45,641 bases of DNA, taken from contig JACRAC010000008.1 of NCBI GenBank assembly GCA_016213555.1, positions 1 through 45,641 on the forward strand. The letters are read 5' to 3'. The stretch comes from Candidatus Aenigmatarchaeota archaeon (lineage in GTDB: Archaea > Aenigmatarchaeota > Aenigmatarchaeia > GW2011-AR5 > JACRAC01). A model generated the notes under the pieces. That model saw only the letters and a list, made by a program, of their open reading frames with translations, did no database searches and was not told the DNA's origin. The stretch's first letter is position 1. Each line of letters begins with the position of its first letter. Positions 1 to 8,182 of this stretch are shown in pieces. Made by a program: the position numbers and the translations under genes.

Positions 1-248
1 CTGTAAGATCAATAAATGACATTGCAAAAGAAAATGAATCTTATTAGCAATGGATAGGATATAATTTTTCTGTTCTAGGAAGAGCCAAGCACGAATACGG
101 AGTTATTCCTAAGTGGATGAACTAGTTTTTACACACAGCCGGTGGTTTGTAAATTTTACTTATTGGTTTATAATAATTAGGAAAATATTTATAGCAAGGA
201 AAAAAGTAGATAAACTAAGGAAAGAAGGAGGGTTTGACTTAGAGAAGG

Positions 249-491
249 TTAGAACTTATCCTTTAGATATCCTGTTCTTTGCATTATTGGAAATTCATAC
301 TCTTTCTTGGATTTATCAATTTTATTAATTATCTCTGCTAATACTAATGATCTCTGTTCTATTGTAAGATCATTTATATGTTTTTCTAATATATTCATTA
401 TAATTTTCATGTTTTCTTGTGTTTCAGATCTCTTCAACATTCTTAATACATTAATAAGTAATTCAAAGGATTTTTCTTTCATAGTTAGCAC
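249..491 (-). CDS. hypothetical small helical protein
   Basis: 80-aa ORF with no recognisable motif. The overlapping + strand ORFs are low-complexity shadows. Confidence 0.3.
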   Translation of the reverse strand: MLTMKEKSFELLINVLRMLKRSETQENMKIIMNILEKHINDLTIEQRSLVLAEIINKIDKSKKEYEFPIMQRTGYLKDKF

Positions 492-516
492 CCGTTAATA
501 AAAAAATAAAATATTT

Positions 517-1800
517 TTAACCAATTGATACTACTTCTGTCATTGAAGTTGTGTTGATTTTATTTTCTCCTATATGTTCAAGTGTTTTATTAAGCCGCTC
601 ATCAACTTTTTCCTTTTCTTCTTCTAATTTGTTTGCTGACTCAGATTTGCTTATGAAAGTTATCTCTAGTTTTGCATTTGTATCTGAATTAATAGATTGT
701 TTTAGAGTTTCTAGTTTTGTCTTTTCTGATACTGTCATATTTCCTCTATTTTTTTCAGATATACTCCCATCTTTTATGGTCAATTCTATTCTTAGATCTC
801 CATCTTGTCTAAGCTGTATTTCTTCTATCAGAATATTCATGTCATCTCTTGTTTCTGAAGATATATTTCCTTCCATTTTCACATTTAATTTATCTGTTAC
901 CTTCTCTATCTTTTGATTTATCGTTTCTATATGTTTTTCTACAATTTCATTTGTTTTTTCTATAAGTTTCTCTAAGTTTTCTTCAGATTTTTGCTTCTGT
1001 TCTAATGTTGTATTTTTAATTTCTGTCAGTTTTTCTACCTTTTCTGTATTATTCTCCAATTTTGCTTTTTCTATTTCAGACTCTATCTTGTCTATTTTAT
1101 TCTCAAATCTGTTCTCAACTCTTTGGTACATACTCAGTTTTATCTTTTCTTGTAGTCTTTGTTCTATTTCTATATCTCTTTTAGTTGCATTGATGTTTTT
1201 ATTTATTGTCTTTTCTTCTACCTGTTTTTTAATTACTTCATTTAATCTTTCTTTTGATGTTTCAGGTAGTTTATCTTTTACTAATTCAAGAACCATAATA
1301 CTTTTCTGCAATACACGGTCTGTTTCATTCATTAGGGTTGATATATCTTTTCCCATTTTCCTAAGATCTTCTTTTCTCTCTTCTACATTTTTTATTTGAT
1401 CTTCATGTTCTTGTAAAGCCTTTTCTGCTAATTTATCTTCTCTTTTTTCTAATAAAGCCTTTGCTTCTGCAAGTCTCTTTTTTGCAAGATCTAGATGTAT
1501 TTTTGCATTGTTCATATTTTCAAATGCAAAGAAAAGTGATAAATCTTCTCCAAATCTTTTGAATCCATAAAATGGATGATCTGGTAATAATCCAGGATCA
1601 TTAAACTCCTCTTCAACGGATTGTATTTCAGCTTCTGTTACTGAACTGTCTTCGAAGTTTATGTTTGCTGATTGGTCTCCAATTACTTGTGCTTCAGCTA
1701 CTCCTTCTATATGTGATTCTCCTGTTCCATGTGCAAATGCTGCCAATGATAGTATCATTATAATAGACATGATGAATATGGAACTTATTTGTGTTTTCAT
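517..1800 (-). CDS. secreted coiled-coil protein, DUF5667-like N-terminal region
   Basis: N-terminal signal/TM segment (IFIMSIIMILSLAAFA). Motif PDHPFYGFKRFGEDLSLFF followed by a long K/E-rich heptad-like sequence. Strong GGTGG SD before the ATG. Confidence 0.6.
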   Translation of the reverse strand: MKTQISSIFIMSIIMILSLAAFAHGTGESHIEGVAEAQVIGDQSANINFEDSSVTEAEIQSVEEEFNDPGLLPDHPFYGFKRFGEDLSLFFAFENMNNAKIHLDLAKKRLAEAKALLEKREDKLAEKALQEHEDQIKNVEERKEDLRKMGKDISTLMNETDRVLQKSIMVLELVKDKLPETSKERLNEVIKKQVEEKTINKNINATKRDIEIEQRLQEKIKLSMYQRVENRFENKIDKIESEIEKAKLENNTEKVEKLTEIKNTTLEQKQKSEENLEKLIEKTNEIVEKHIETINQKIEKVTDKLNVKMEGNISSETRDDMNILIEEIQLRQDGDLRIELTIKDGSISEKNRGNMTVSEKTKLETLKQSINSDTNAKLEITFISKSESANKLEEEKEKVDERLNKTLEHIGENKINTTSMTEVVSIG

Positions 1801-1937
1801 TTTTTCCCACCTTTTTTATATCTTGTTAAATAAATAGAGAAAAGAAGTTTATGGAGAAGACGATTTATCTCTTTCCCCTTGGGGTGCGAAGGGTTATCAC
1901 ACAACTACTAACATGGTTCACAATTTTCTAAACTTCT

Positions 1938-1966
1938 TTTCTCTTAATTAATATATGTATGTTTCA
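1938..1966 (-). promoter_or_regulatory. conserved upstream block (TATA-like), copy 1
   Basis: tttctcttaattaatatatgtatgtttca. The 21-nt core aattaatatatgtatgtttca is identical to 4007-4027. Confidence 0.45.
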
Positions 1967-1982
1967 TACACATATAGTACTG

Positions 1983-2004
1983 TTGAAACAATTTTGAAAC
2001 AATT
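1983..2004. repeat. tandem 11-nt direct repeat TTGAAACAATT x2
   Basis: Exact tandem duplication, 17 nt distal to the conserved block and 15 nt from the stop of the wHTH regulator gene. Confidence 0.6.
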
Positions 2005-2018
2005 AAAATTAATAGATA

Positions 2019-2864
2019 TTATTTTTTGTAAAGTATTTTATTTGTTCTGCCTTTCTTTCTTTTTTCTATAAGTCCTTTTGCTTCGAATTTTTGAGATATT
2101 CTTGTCATTTTTGCACGTGAGAATTTGAATTCTTGCTCTATCTTATTTTGATATACTATAGGATTCTTTTCTAAATATTCTATAACCTTCTTTTCATCTT
2201 CACTAAACCCTTTCATAAAATCTTCTTTTGATCTTTTCTTTAATTTTATGTATACAATTAACATAACTATTATTAGAGATATTATTATTGGGATGTATAT
2301 GTTGAATCCTTTATTAAGAGGCTCAAATTTTACCGTTACTGATTCCATTGATTTATTATTGAATGACCAGTCGATGTATATTCTTCTACCATCGCTTCTT
2401 ACTTCTCCATTTTCTGGAAAATAAGAATTGTCTGCTATTCCAGATCCTTCAGGTATAGCTAATGTTATCAACATTCTTTCTGTATTTTGTTCTGTTGACA
2501 CCTCAGTAAAAAATAAACTTTTCTCACCTAATTGAAATATAAGATTTTTTGTTTTGAATTTTATAGATATTGTTTTAATAAAAGTGCTATCTATGGGGCT
2601 TATTTTTGTAGATGAATCAAATTTTTCTGTATTAAAGTTTAGTTTGTTTTCATCCCCATTTACTACAATGTTTTCAATATCTCCGTTAAAATAATAAGTT
2701 AGGTTTGACGCTAATACATTTTCTTTGAATGTTGCATCTATTGTTTCAGTTACATAAAAATCGTTTCCAATATCGAAATTTATTTTATATTCTGATATAT
2801 CTACAGCTGTAACTATGCTAGAAATAGCTGCTAAAACAAATAATACTACAAGTAGTCTTTTCAT
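2019..2864 (-). CDS. membrane-tethered winged-helix transcriptional regulator with extracytoplasmic N-terminal domain
   Basis: Signal peptide, about 190-aa exported domain, one TM (IYIPIIISLIIVMLIVYI). Cytoplasmic MarR/TrmB-like wHTH tail (SEDEKKVIEYLEKNP...KMTRISQKFEAKGLIEKRKKGRTN). Confidence 0.6.
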   Translation of the reverse strand: MKRLLVVLFVLAAISSIVTAVDISEYKINFDIGNDFYVTETIDATFKENVLASNLTYYFNGDIENIVVNGDENKLNFNTEKFDSSTKISPIDSTFIKTISIKFKTKNLIFQLGEKSLFFTEVSTEQNTERMLITLAIPEGSGIADNSYFPENGEVRSDGRRIYIDWSFNNKSMESVTVKFEPLNKGFNIYIPIIISLIIVMLIVYIKLKKRSKEDFMKGFSEDEKKVIEYLEKNPIVYQNKIEQEFKFSRAKMTRISQKFEAKGLIEKRKKGRTNKILYKK

Positions 2865-2955
2865 TTAATCACTAAGTAAGTATTGATCTTATTCTATAAA
2901 TATACTTCTAGATAGTTTTATATAAATAAAGGTTAAGAAAAGAAAAAAATTCTAC

Positions 2956-3972
2956 CTAGCCTACATTAATTTCTACATTTCCTTGACTTTCGACTCCTGT
3001 GTCTGTTGAACTATCTATACCAACACTGGCTGATCCAGAAGTGCCCAAACTACTAGAGACACCATTGTTAAAAGATACTTCACCTGAACTTTCTGAACTA
3101 CTTGAACTTTCTCCAGTTGATGTGTCTGTCTCAACTTCTGTTTTGGATTTTGCGCCTAAACCAATGCCTAAATTTGTTGTTAGATCAATGTTTGTATCTA
3201 GGGTTATTGATATAATAGTCCCTGTATTTGAATCTATTTTTACTTTAGCCATTTTTGTTAGTGTGTATCCACCTTTTGCTTCTACATCACTTGCTGTAAC
3301 AACAAAGAAAGTTGATCCACTTTCTGTTACAGTTTCAACGTTATTTACTTTAAATCCAAGTTTTTCCTTTACAAGTTCGGCTGCTTCATCTGCTGTTAGT
3401 TTACCTTCTTCTGTGTCAGATGTCAGAAGAGATAATCCTGTATGCCCTCTTACTGGTACATTTAATCCAGCTGAAATTCCTGAATTTTCTATAACACGAA
3501 CTGTGGTTTTAGCTTTTTCTTCAAGTGCTGTATCTCCATTGGCTTTTGCGTCTAATTCTATATTTTTAATTTCACTAGTCAGTCTAGTATGCTCTTTTAC
3601 AATTGCTTCATGTTCTGATTGTATAGAGCTTATTATATTTTCTTTCTCTTCTACTGACTTAGTGTTTAGTTCTGAAAGAGCTTCAGATTTTACATCTAGC
3701 CATGCTTGCTGACGTTCTTTCATTTCTAAATTTCTCTCTTTCAACAGATCTAACTTAGCACTTTCATCAAAAGTCAGTGCACTTCTTGTATTATACACAA
3801 AATCTCCAAATCCTTGACCTATTTGTTTAAATTTCAGATCTAGAGATGATAGTGTTTCTACAGATGCTTTTGTGGTTGATTGTGTGCCTATTTGTTGTGC
3901 AAATGCAAAAGGCATTGATAATACTACAATGCCCAATACAAGCGCTGTAATAAGCTTTTTCATATATCTCAC
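2956..3972 (-). CDS. secreted protein, distant paralog of 517..1800, with Ser/Thr/Gly-rich C-terminus
   Basis: Signal peptide (LVLGIVVLSMPFAFA). DUF5667-like segment FGDFVYNTRSALTFDESAKLDLLKERNLEM, then a coiled coil. Shares its promoter block with 517..1800. Confidence 0.55.
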   Translation of the reverse strand: MRYMKKLITALVLGIVVLSMPFAFAQQIGTQSTTKASVETLSSLDLKFKQIGQGFGDFVYNTRSALTFDESAKLDLLKERNLEMKERQQAWLDVKSEALSELNTKSVEEKENIISSIQSEHEAIVKEHTRLTSEIKNIELDAKANGDTALEEKAKTTVRVIENSGISAGLNVPVRGHTGLSLLTSDTEEGKLTADEAAELVKEKLGFKVNNVETVTESGSTFFVVTASDVEAKGGYTLTKMAKVKIDSNTGTIISITLDTNIDLTTNLGIGLGAKSKTEVETDTSTGESSSSSESSGEVSFNNGVSSSLGTSGSASVGIDSSTDTGVESQGNVEINVG

Positions 3973-4000
3973 CTCTTATTTAGAAGAAATGGGTTTCCAC

Positions 4001-4027
4001 TTCTCTAATTAATATATGTATGTTTCA
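4001..4027 (-). promoter_or_regulatory. conserved upstream block (TATA-like), copy 2
   Basis: ttctctaattaatatatgtatgtttca, 29-55 nt upstream of the ATG at 3972. Confidence 0.5.
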
Positions 4028-4042
4028 GAGAGATAATTTTGT

Positions 4043-4075
4043 GTTGAAACATTTATGGAACAGATAGAAACATTA
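4043..4075. repeat. three 11-nt-phased GAAACA-type repeats
   Basis: TTGAAACATTT / ATGGAACAGAT / AGAAACATTAC, 16 nt distal to the conserved block. Confidence 0.45.
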
Positions 4076-4111
4076 CAGCATCTTTAATAATTTTCTTAAT
4101 TATTATCTACT

Positions 4112-4477
4112 ATGATAAAATACAAACATGCTTTAGATGTACAGTCTAAAATTACTGATTTATCCAAGAAATTGGAAATGGAACATATTGATAATAGAGT
4201 TGTTTGTATAAGGAGTAATGGATCTGCATCCAAACGTACAATAGCTAGATGTCATTCACTACCAAGAATAATGAAATTTGCTCTTGGAACAGAAACACAT
4301 TATGTTATTGAGGTAATATCTGAACAATACGATAAACTAAATGAGGAAGAACAGCTTAAAACTCTAATACATGAACTTATGCATATTCCTAAATCTTTTG
4401 GTGGTGGGTTTAGATTCCATGGTTATGTTAATGAGGGTAATGTAAACGTCCTTTATAGAAAGTATAAAGCTAGTTAG
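4112..4477 (+). CDS. predicted small zinc metallopeptidase (HExxH)
   Basis: HELMHIPKSFGGGFRFH motif in a 121-aa protein. Resembles the small archaeal predicted-metallopeptidase family. Confidence 0.5.
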   Translation: MIKYKHALDVQSKITDLSKKLEMEHIDNRVVCIRSNGSASKRTIARCHSLPRIMKFALGTETHYVIEVISEQYDKLNEEEQLKTLIHELMHIPKSFGGGFRFHGYVNEGNVNVLYRKYKAS

Positions 4478-4522
4478 TATGATAATTTTGTTTTAAAATC
4501 TAAGTCTTTTGTATACAAATTT

Positions 4523-5272
4523 TTATAATTTCTGTCTTTCAAATTCATCTAACTTACGTTTGGCTGATTTTAACCATTTTGATGACTTTTGTTTTCTAAT
4601 TGCAAAGCTATCTGCGTATTTCTCTTCTTTATAAGAGTCATAGTGAAATCTTGCTAATAGAGAAAATGGAGTGAAGAATTTCAATATAGATATAGATGAT
4701 GTTAATAAGGAGGCTTTTCTTTTGATATGTCCAAGCTCATGAAGTATTACAGCTTCTACTTCTCTCTTTTTTAATATATCTAACAAGCCTGCTGATAAAA
4801 ATATGCCTGATTTAAATGATCTGAATGAAAATGCTAAAGGGTTGGCTGTATTTACAGTATATATTTCAGGCTTTGTTATCTTTAATCTTTTTGATTGGTT
4901 TTCTACAAACTTGTTTATTTGTATGTTTTCTAAAACACTTTTCTTATAATATACTATATATATTCCTGGAATTACAAACAAGCTAATTACTGTACCTATT
5001 ATCAATGTAGTAGGCAAAGATAATGCTATCAAAGAATACATATTGTTATAACAAGGCATACATCCAGTTCCACATAATACATTTGTTGTGAATAAGACTA
5101 TTGGAAATAAAATTGCTATAATATGTCCATATATAAGAGCTACCTTTGATTTTGTTGACAAATTAAATTTCTTTAATGGGATAAAAGTTGCAACAGCTAT
5201 TATTAGTGAAAATCCCATTAAAATTAATTTGTCTGATTCTAATGGTATCCCAGCCAAACATCCTATTATCAT
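4523..5272 (-). CDS. BlaR1/M48-M56-like membrane metalloprotease (sensor/anti-repressor type)
   Basis: Multi-TM N-terminus and an HELGH zinc motif (AVILHELGHIKRK). Sits immediately downstream of the BlaI-family gene. Cys cluster CGTGCMPC at a TM boundary. Confidence 0.65.
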   Translation of the reverse strand: MIIGCLAGIPLESDKLILMGFSLIIAVATFIPLKKFNLSTKSKVALIYGHIIAILFPIVLFTTNVLCGTGCMPCYNNMYSLIALSLPTTLIIGTVISLFVIPGIYIVYYKKSVLENIQINKFVENQSKRLKITKPEIYTVNTANPLAFSFRSFKSGIFLSAGLLDILKKREVEAVILHELGHIKRKASLLTSSISILKFFTPFSLLARFHYDSYKEEKYADSFAIRKQKSSKWLKSAKRKLDEFERQKL

Positions 5273-5280
5273 TTACACAC

Positions 5281-5658
5281 CTATTGAGCTTTTTTGAATC
5301 TTTTATTAAAATAATTGACAGCAGTAGGTCCAAAAGTGTTTATTAGTTTATTTACAGTGCTATCTATTACAGTTTCTTCAAACTCTTCTTTTGAGGATTT
5401 TGTAGAATAAATATAATGTCCTCCACCTCTACCCTTTTCAATTTCTCTATCTACAATTCCTTTTTGGTGAAGTCTATCAAGAATAACAGCTACGCTTGTC
5501 AGAGCTACTTTTCTATCTTTTTTAAGAATATTATGAAGATCTTTTACCTTTGCCTGATCTTTTTTCCATAATAAATCTAATGTCTCGGATTCTAAAGGAC
5601 TTAGTAGAGAATTCATACCTTTTTTATTGAACCTTATCTTTTCTACTTTAACCATCAC
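5281..5658 (-). CDS. BlaI/MecI/CopY-family winged-helix repressor
   Basis: LSPLESETLDLLWKKDQAKVKDLHNIL...TSVAVILDRLHQKGIVDRE matches the penicillinase-repressor fold pattern. 125 aa. Confidence 0.75.
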   Translation of the reverse strand: MMVKVEKIRFNKKGMNSLLSPLESETLDLLWKKDQAKVKDLHNILKKDRKVALTSVAVILDRLHQKGIVDREIEKGRGGGHYIYSTKSSKEEFEETVIDSTVNKLINTFGPTAVNYFNKRFKKAQ

Positions 5659-5694
5659 ACCACTTCTTATCTTTTGTTTTATATGCTATATATA

Positions 5695-5712
5695 TTTGTA
5701 AAGCTTTACAAA
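5695..5712. promoter_or_regulatory. perfect 18-nt palindrome TTTGTAAAGCTTTACAAA (candidate BlaI-family operator)
   Basis: Lies 37-54 nt upstream of the repressor start, directly distal to a TATA-like run. TGTA/TACA half-sites are typical of BlaI/CopY operators. Confidence 0.5.
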
Positions 5713-5843
5713 AATAGTAAACTATATATACTAGTTAATGCAAATTACTATAAATTTATAAATCTTTTAATTAGAATATTTCAAATATTAAAAATTTTGG
5801 GTTTTGTGGGTATAAAAGTTTTGTAATTTAATAAGGGATAATT

Positions 5844-6521
5844 ATGTCTGAAGAAAATATTCATACTTCTAAAAAAAACGCTGGCTTGTTTGAACTTATT
5901 TATAAGAATAATATAGTTTTGATATCTTTGATTGTGTTGATAACATTGATTTTTGTTAATCAGTTTATACTAATGACGTCTTTTGCAACAGCATCTATCT
6001 CCAATGTTAATTCAGTAAGTTTATCAGATGCTGATTTATACAAGGCAAAAGGAACTATACAGTCTATTGCACTTCTCTACCCTGTTAGGGAGATAAAAAT
6101 AGACTCAGATGCTATAAAGATGATGATACCAAAAGGAACTCCTGATTATGGAGAGAAAATGGGAGTCTCTTTTGATGATTCTAAGTCATTAGATAAAATG
6201 GCTAAAGCTTATAGTGCTATCAAAGCAGAACTACAAAAAGATCCTGAAAAATGGAAAAGATATTTGAATTTAGCTACAAAACCTGTTGGTATTTCATGTG
6301 AATTCTGTTGTGGCGTTGGTCCTATAGGAATAACCTCTAATGGAGATATTGCTTGTGGTTGCTCACATAATGTAGCTCTTCAAACATTGACTATGTGGCT
6401 TATGAAAAATACAGATTATACTGATGCTCAAATAACAAAAGAAGCTATGAAATGGAAATCTCTTTGGTTTCCAAAAAATATGGTGCAGCTGGCTAAAAAA
6501 GCAGCAGATGCTTTGAATTAA
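5844..6521 (+). CDS. membrane-anchored exported protein with CEFCCG...CGC motif
   Basis: Single N-terminal TM (IVLISLIVLITLIFV). C-terminal domain contains GISCEFCCGVGPIGITSNGDIACGCSHN. No family recognised. Confidence 0.55.
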   Translation: MSEENIHTSKKNAGLFELIYKNNIVLISLIVLITLIFVNQFILMTSFATASISNVNSVSLSDADLYKAKGTIQSIALLYPVREIKIDSDAIKMMIPKGTPDYGEKMGVSFDDSKSLDKMAKAYSAIKAELQKDPEKWKRYLNLATKPVGISCEFCCGVGPIGITSNGDIACGCSHNVALQTLTMWLMKNTDYTDAQITKEAMKWKSLWFPKNMVQLAKKAADALN

Positions 6522-6531
6522 TGGTGATAAA

Positions 6532-6744
6532 ATGGAAAAGAAAGAACTGCTAGTAGTAGTAATGATAGGGGTTCTTTTGCTTGTAACAGCAATGCAAACA
6601 GTGACTCTAGCGGGAATGGTTACAGCAGGACCAGCTCCTGTAAAAGCAGTAACATCTTCAAACTCTCAGTCCAGTTCATCTGGTTCAGGAAGTTCAGATG
6701 TTTCAAGTTTAGATAGTCTGCCTAGCATGGTAGGGGGCTGCTGA
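6532..6744 (+). CDS. small membrane-anchored/secreted Ser-rich peptide ending in MVGGC
   Basis: 70 aa: KKE plus a hydrophobic helix, a Ser/Gly-rich linker, then terminal LPSMVGGC-stop. Starts 10 nt after the previous stop. Confidence 0.5.
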   Translation: MEKKELLVVVMIGVLLLVTAMQTVTLAGMVTAGPAPVKAVTSSNSQSSSSGSGSSDVSSLDSLPSMVGGC

Positions 6745-6793
6745 TTTTTATTTTGTTTTAATTTTACATTATATTTTTATGTGGTGTTTTTAG

Positions 6794-8176
6794 TTGAAAT
6801 TTGATAAATTTGAAATTATTTTGTGTGTATTTGTAGCTGCTGTTATAGTTTTGTCAGCAATAAACTTCTCAATTATATATGGGGCAACCCAAAAGGTTAC
6901 AGAGACACATAAACTAGTAGAAGAATCAAAAATACCTGCAAAAATAGAACTAGTTAAGATACTAGATTCTTCATGCGATAAATGTTTTGATATTAATTCT
7001 GTAGTAAAATCTTTGAAAGATTCTAATGTTAATGTTACATCTGAAAAGGAACTGGACTTTTCTTCAACAGAAGCTCAAAATATTGTTAAAAAATATAATA
7101 TTCTTAAAATACCTACTGTGATAGTAATAGGTCAGATTAATAAAACATCTTCAATATCAGATACAAACTGGGTTAGAGATACTAAGAATAATTTTGCTTA
7201 CTACTCATCTGTTGGAGTTCCTTTTGTCGATGTAAGTACTGGAGAGGTTAAGGGACTTGTTTCTTATACTAATATTGTAGATAGTTCATGCAATAATTGT
7301 TCAAATCTTTCACAAGTCGTTTCATATCTTAAGGAAAATGGAGTAAAGTTCTCGGAAGAGCAAAATGTTGAGTATAACACTGTTGCTGGCCAAACGTTTA
7401 TTGATAGATTTGGTATAAAAGAAGTTCCAGCAATTGTTATTTCATCTGAAGTGTTAGAATACCCTGATATAAAAGACATATGGGACAAATTAAATGCTAC
7501 AGAAAAAGATGGTTATTATGCTTTGCATCCATTATCACCTCCTTACAGAGATCTTTCTACAAATAAAATAGTAGGATTAACAACTGTAGTATATCTAAAA
7601 GATTCTAGTTGTTCTAGTTGTTATGATGTATTTTTGAATAAAGAGATTTTAGAATTAAGCTTAGGAATATTTGTTGAAAATGAAACTACTGTAGATCTAA
7701 ATTCTACACTAGGTAAAGATCTTATAAGTAAATATAACATAACAAAGGTACCTATAATAATAATTTCTCCTGATGCATCTGTTTATAAATCGTTTACAAG
7801 TATTTGGCCTCAGGTTGGTGATACATCTAACGATGGATGGTATGTTATGAGAAATCCAGGACTTTTGGGAACATATAGGGATCTTAAAGAGAATAAAACT
7901 ATAACTCAAGTAACTGTCTATGCTGGAGATGATCAATATCAACCAAAAAATATAACAGTTAATTTTGGAGATACTCTAAGCATAAGATTTGTAAATGCTG
8001 GACAGCTTCCTCATACCTTTGCTATAGATGAACTTGGAGTTAGATCTGGAGTGGTTTCTCCTAAAGGATCTGAAACTATATTTGTCACAGCTAATCAAAC
8101 AGGTAATTTTAGATATTATTCTTACTATAAAGATGATAGAAGAAATGGGTTGGAAGGAGTTCTTACTATAGGTTAA
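6794..8176 (+). CDS. membrane-anchored protein with three thioredoxin-like SSCxxC repeats and a C-terminal degenerate cupredoxin-like domain
   Basis: TTG start preceded by GTGGTG. Repeats hold SSCDKC, SSCNNC and SSCSSC, each followed by K(I/V)PT/A-type Trx strands. The C-terminus (PHTFAIDELGV...GNFRYYSYY...GLEGVLTI) is cupredoxin-like but lacks the Cys ligand. Confidence 0.6.
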   Translation: MKFDKFEIILCVFVAAVIVLSAINFSIIYGATQKVTETHKLVEESKIPAKIELVKILDSSCDKCFDINSVVKSLKDSNVNVTSEKELDFSSTEAQNIVKKYNILKIPTVIVIGQINKTSSISDTNWVRDTKNNFAYYSSVGVPFVDVSTGEVKGLVSYTNIVDSSCNNCSNLSQVVSYLKENGVKFSEEQNVEYNTVAGQTFIDRFGIKEVPAIVISSEVLEYPDIKDIWDKLNATEKDGYYALHPLSPPYRDLSTNKIVGLTTVVYLKDSSCSSCYDVFLNKEILELSLGIFVENETTVDLNSTLGKDLISKYNITKVPIIIISPDASVYKSFTSIWPQVGDTSNDGWYVMRNPGLLGTYRDLKENKTITQVTVYAGDDQYQPKNITVNFGDTLSIRFVNAGQLPHTFAIDELGVRSGVVSPKGSETIFVTANQTGNFRYYSYYKDDRRNGLEGVLTIG

Positions 8177-8182
8177 ATTTCT

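Noticed and set aside
148-160. TGTAAATTTTACT as a further copy of the TGTAAA/TTTACA operator
   Set aside because: It has a different spacer and a mismatched outer base, and it is not positioned upstream of a supported gene. It is too weak to count.
113-498. ORFs 113..328 and 307..498 on the plus strand
   Set aside because: Phe/Ile-rich low-complexity translations overlap the minus-strand ORF 249..491. There are no start-site signals. The first 248 nt remain unassigned.
551-3712. Long antisense ORFs (551..916, 1088..1399, 2999..3712)
   Set aside because: They lie opposite well-supported genes and translate to low-complexity Ser/Phe/Leu-rich strings typical of shadow frames of K/E-rich genes in AT-rich DNA. 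They have no SD or motif.
6532-6744. The Gly-Gly-Cys C-terminus as a sign of a ubiquitin-like/SAMP-type modifier precursor
   Set aside because: The protein has an N-terminal transmembrane or signal helix and a disordered Ser-rich body. It has no room for a beta-grasp fold, so an exported tethered peptide is the better reading.
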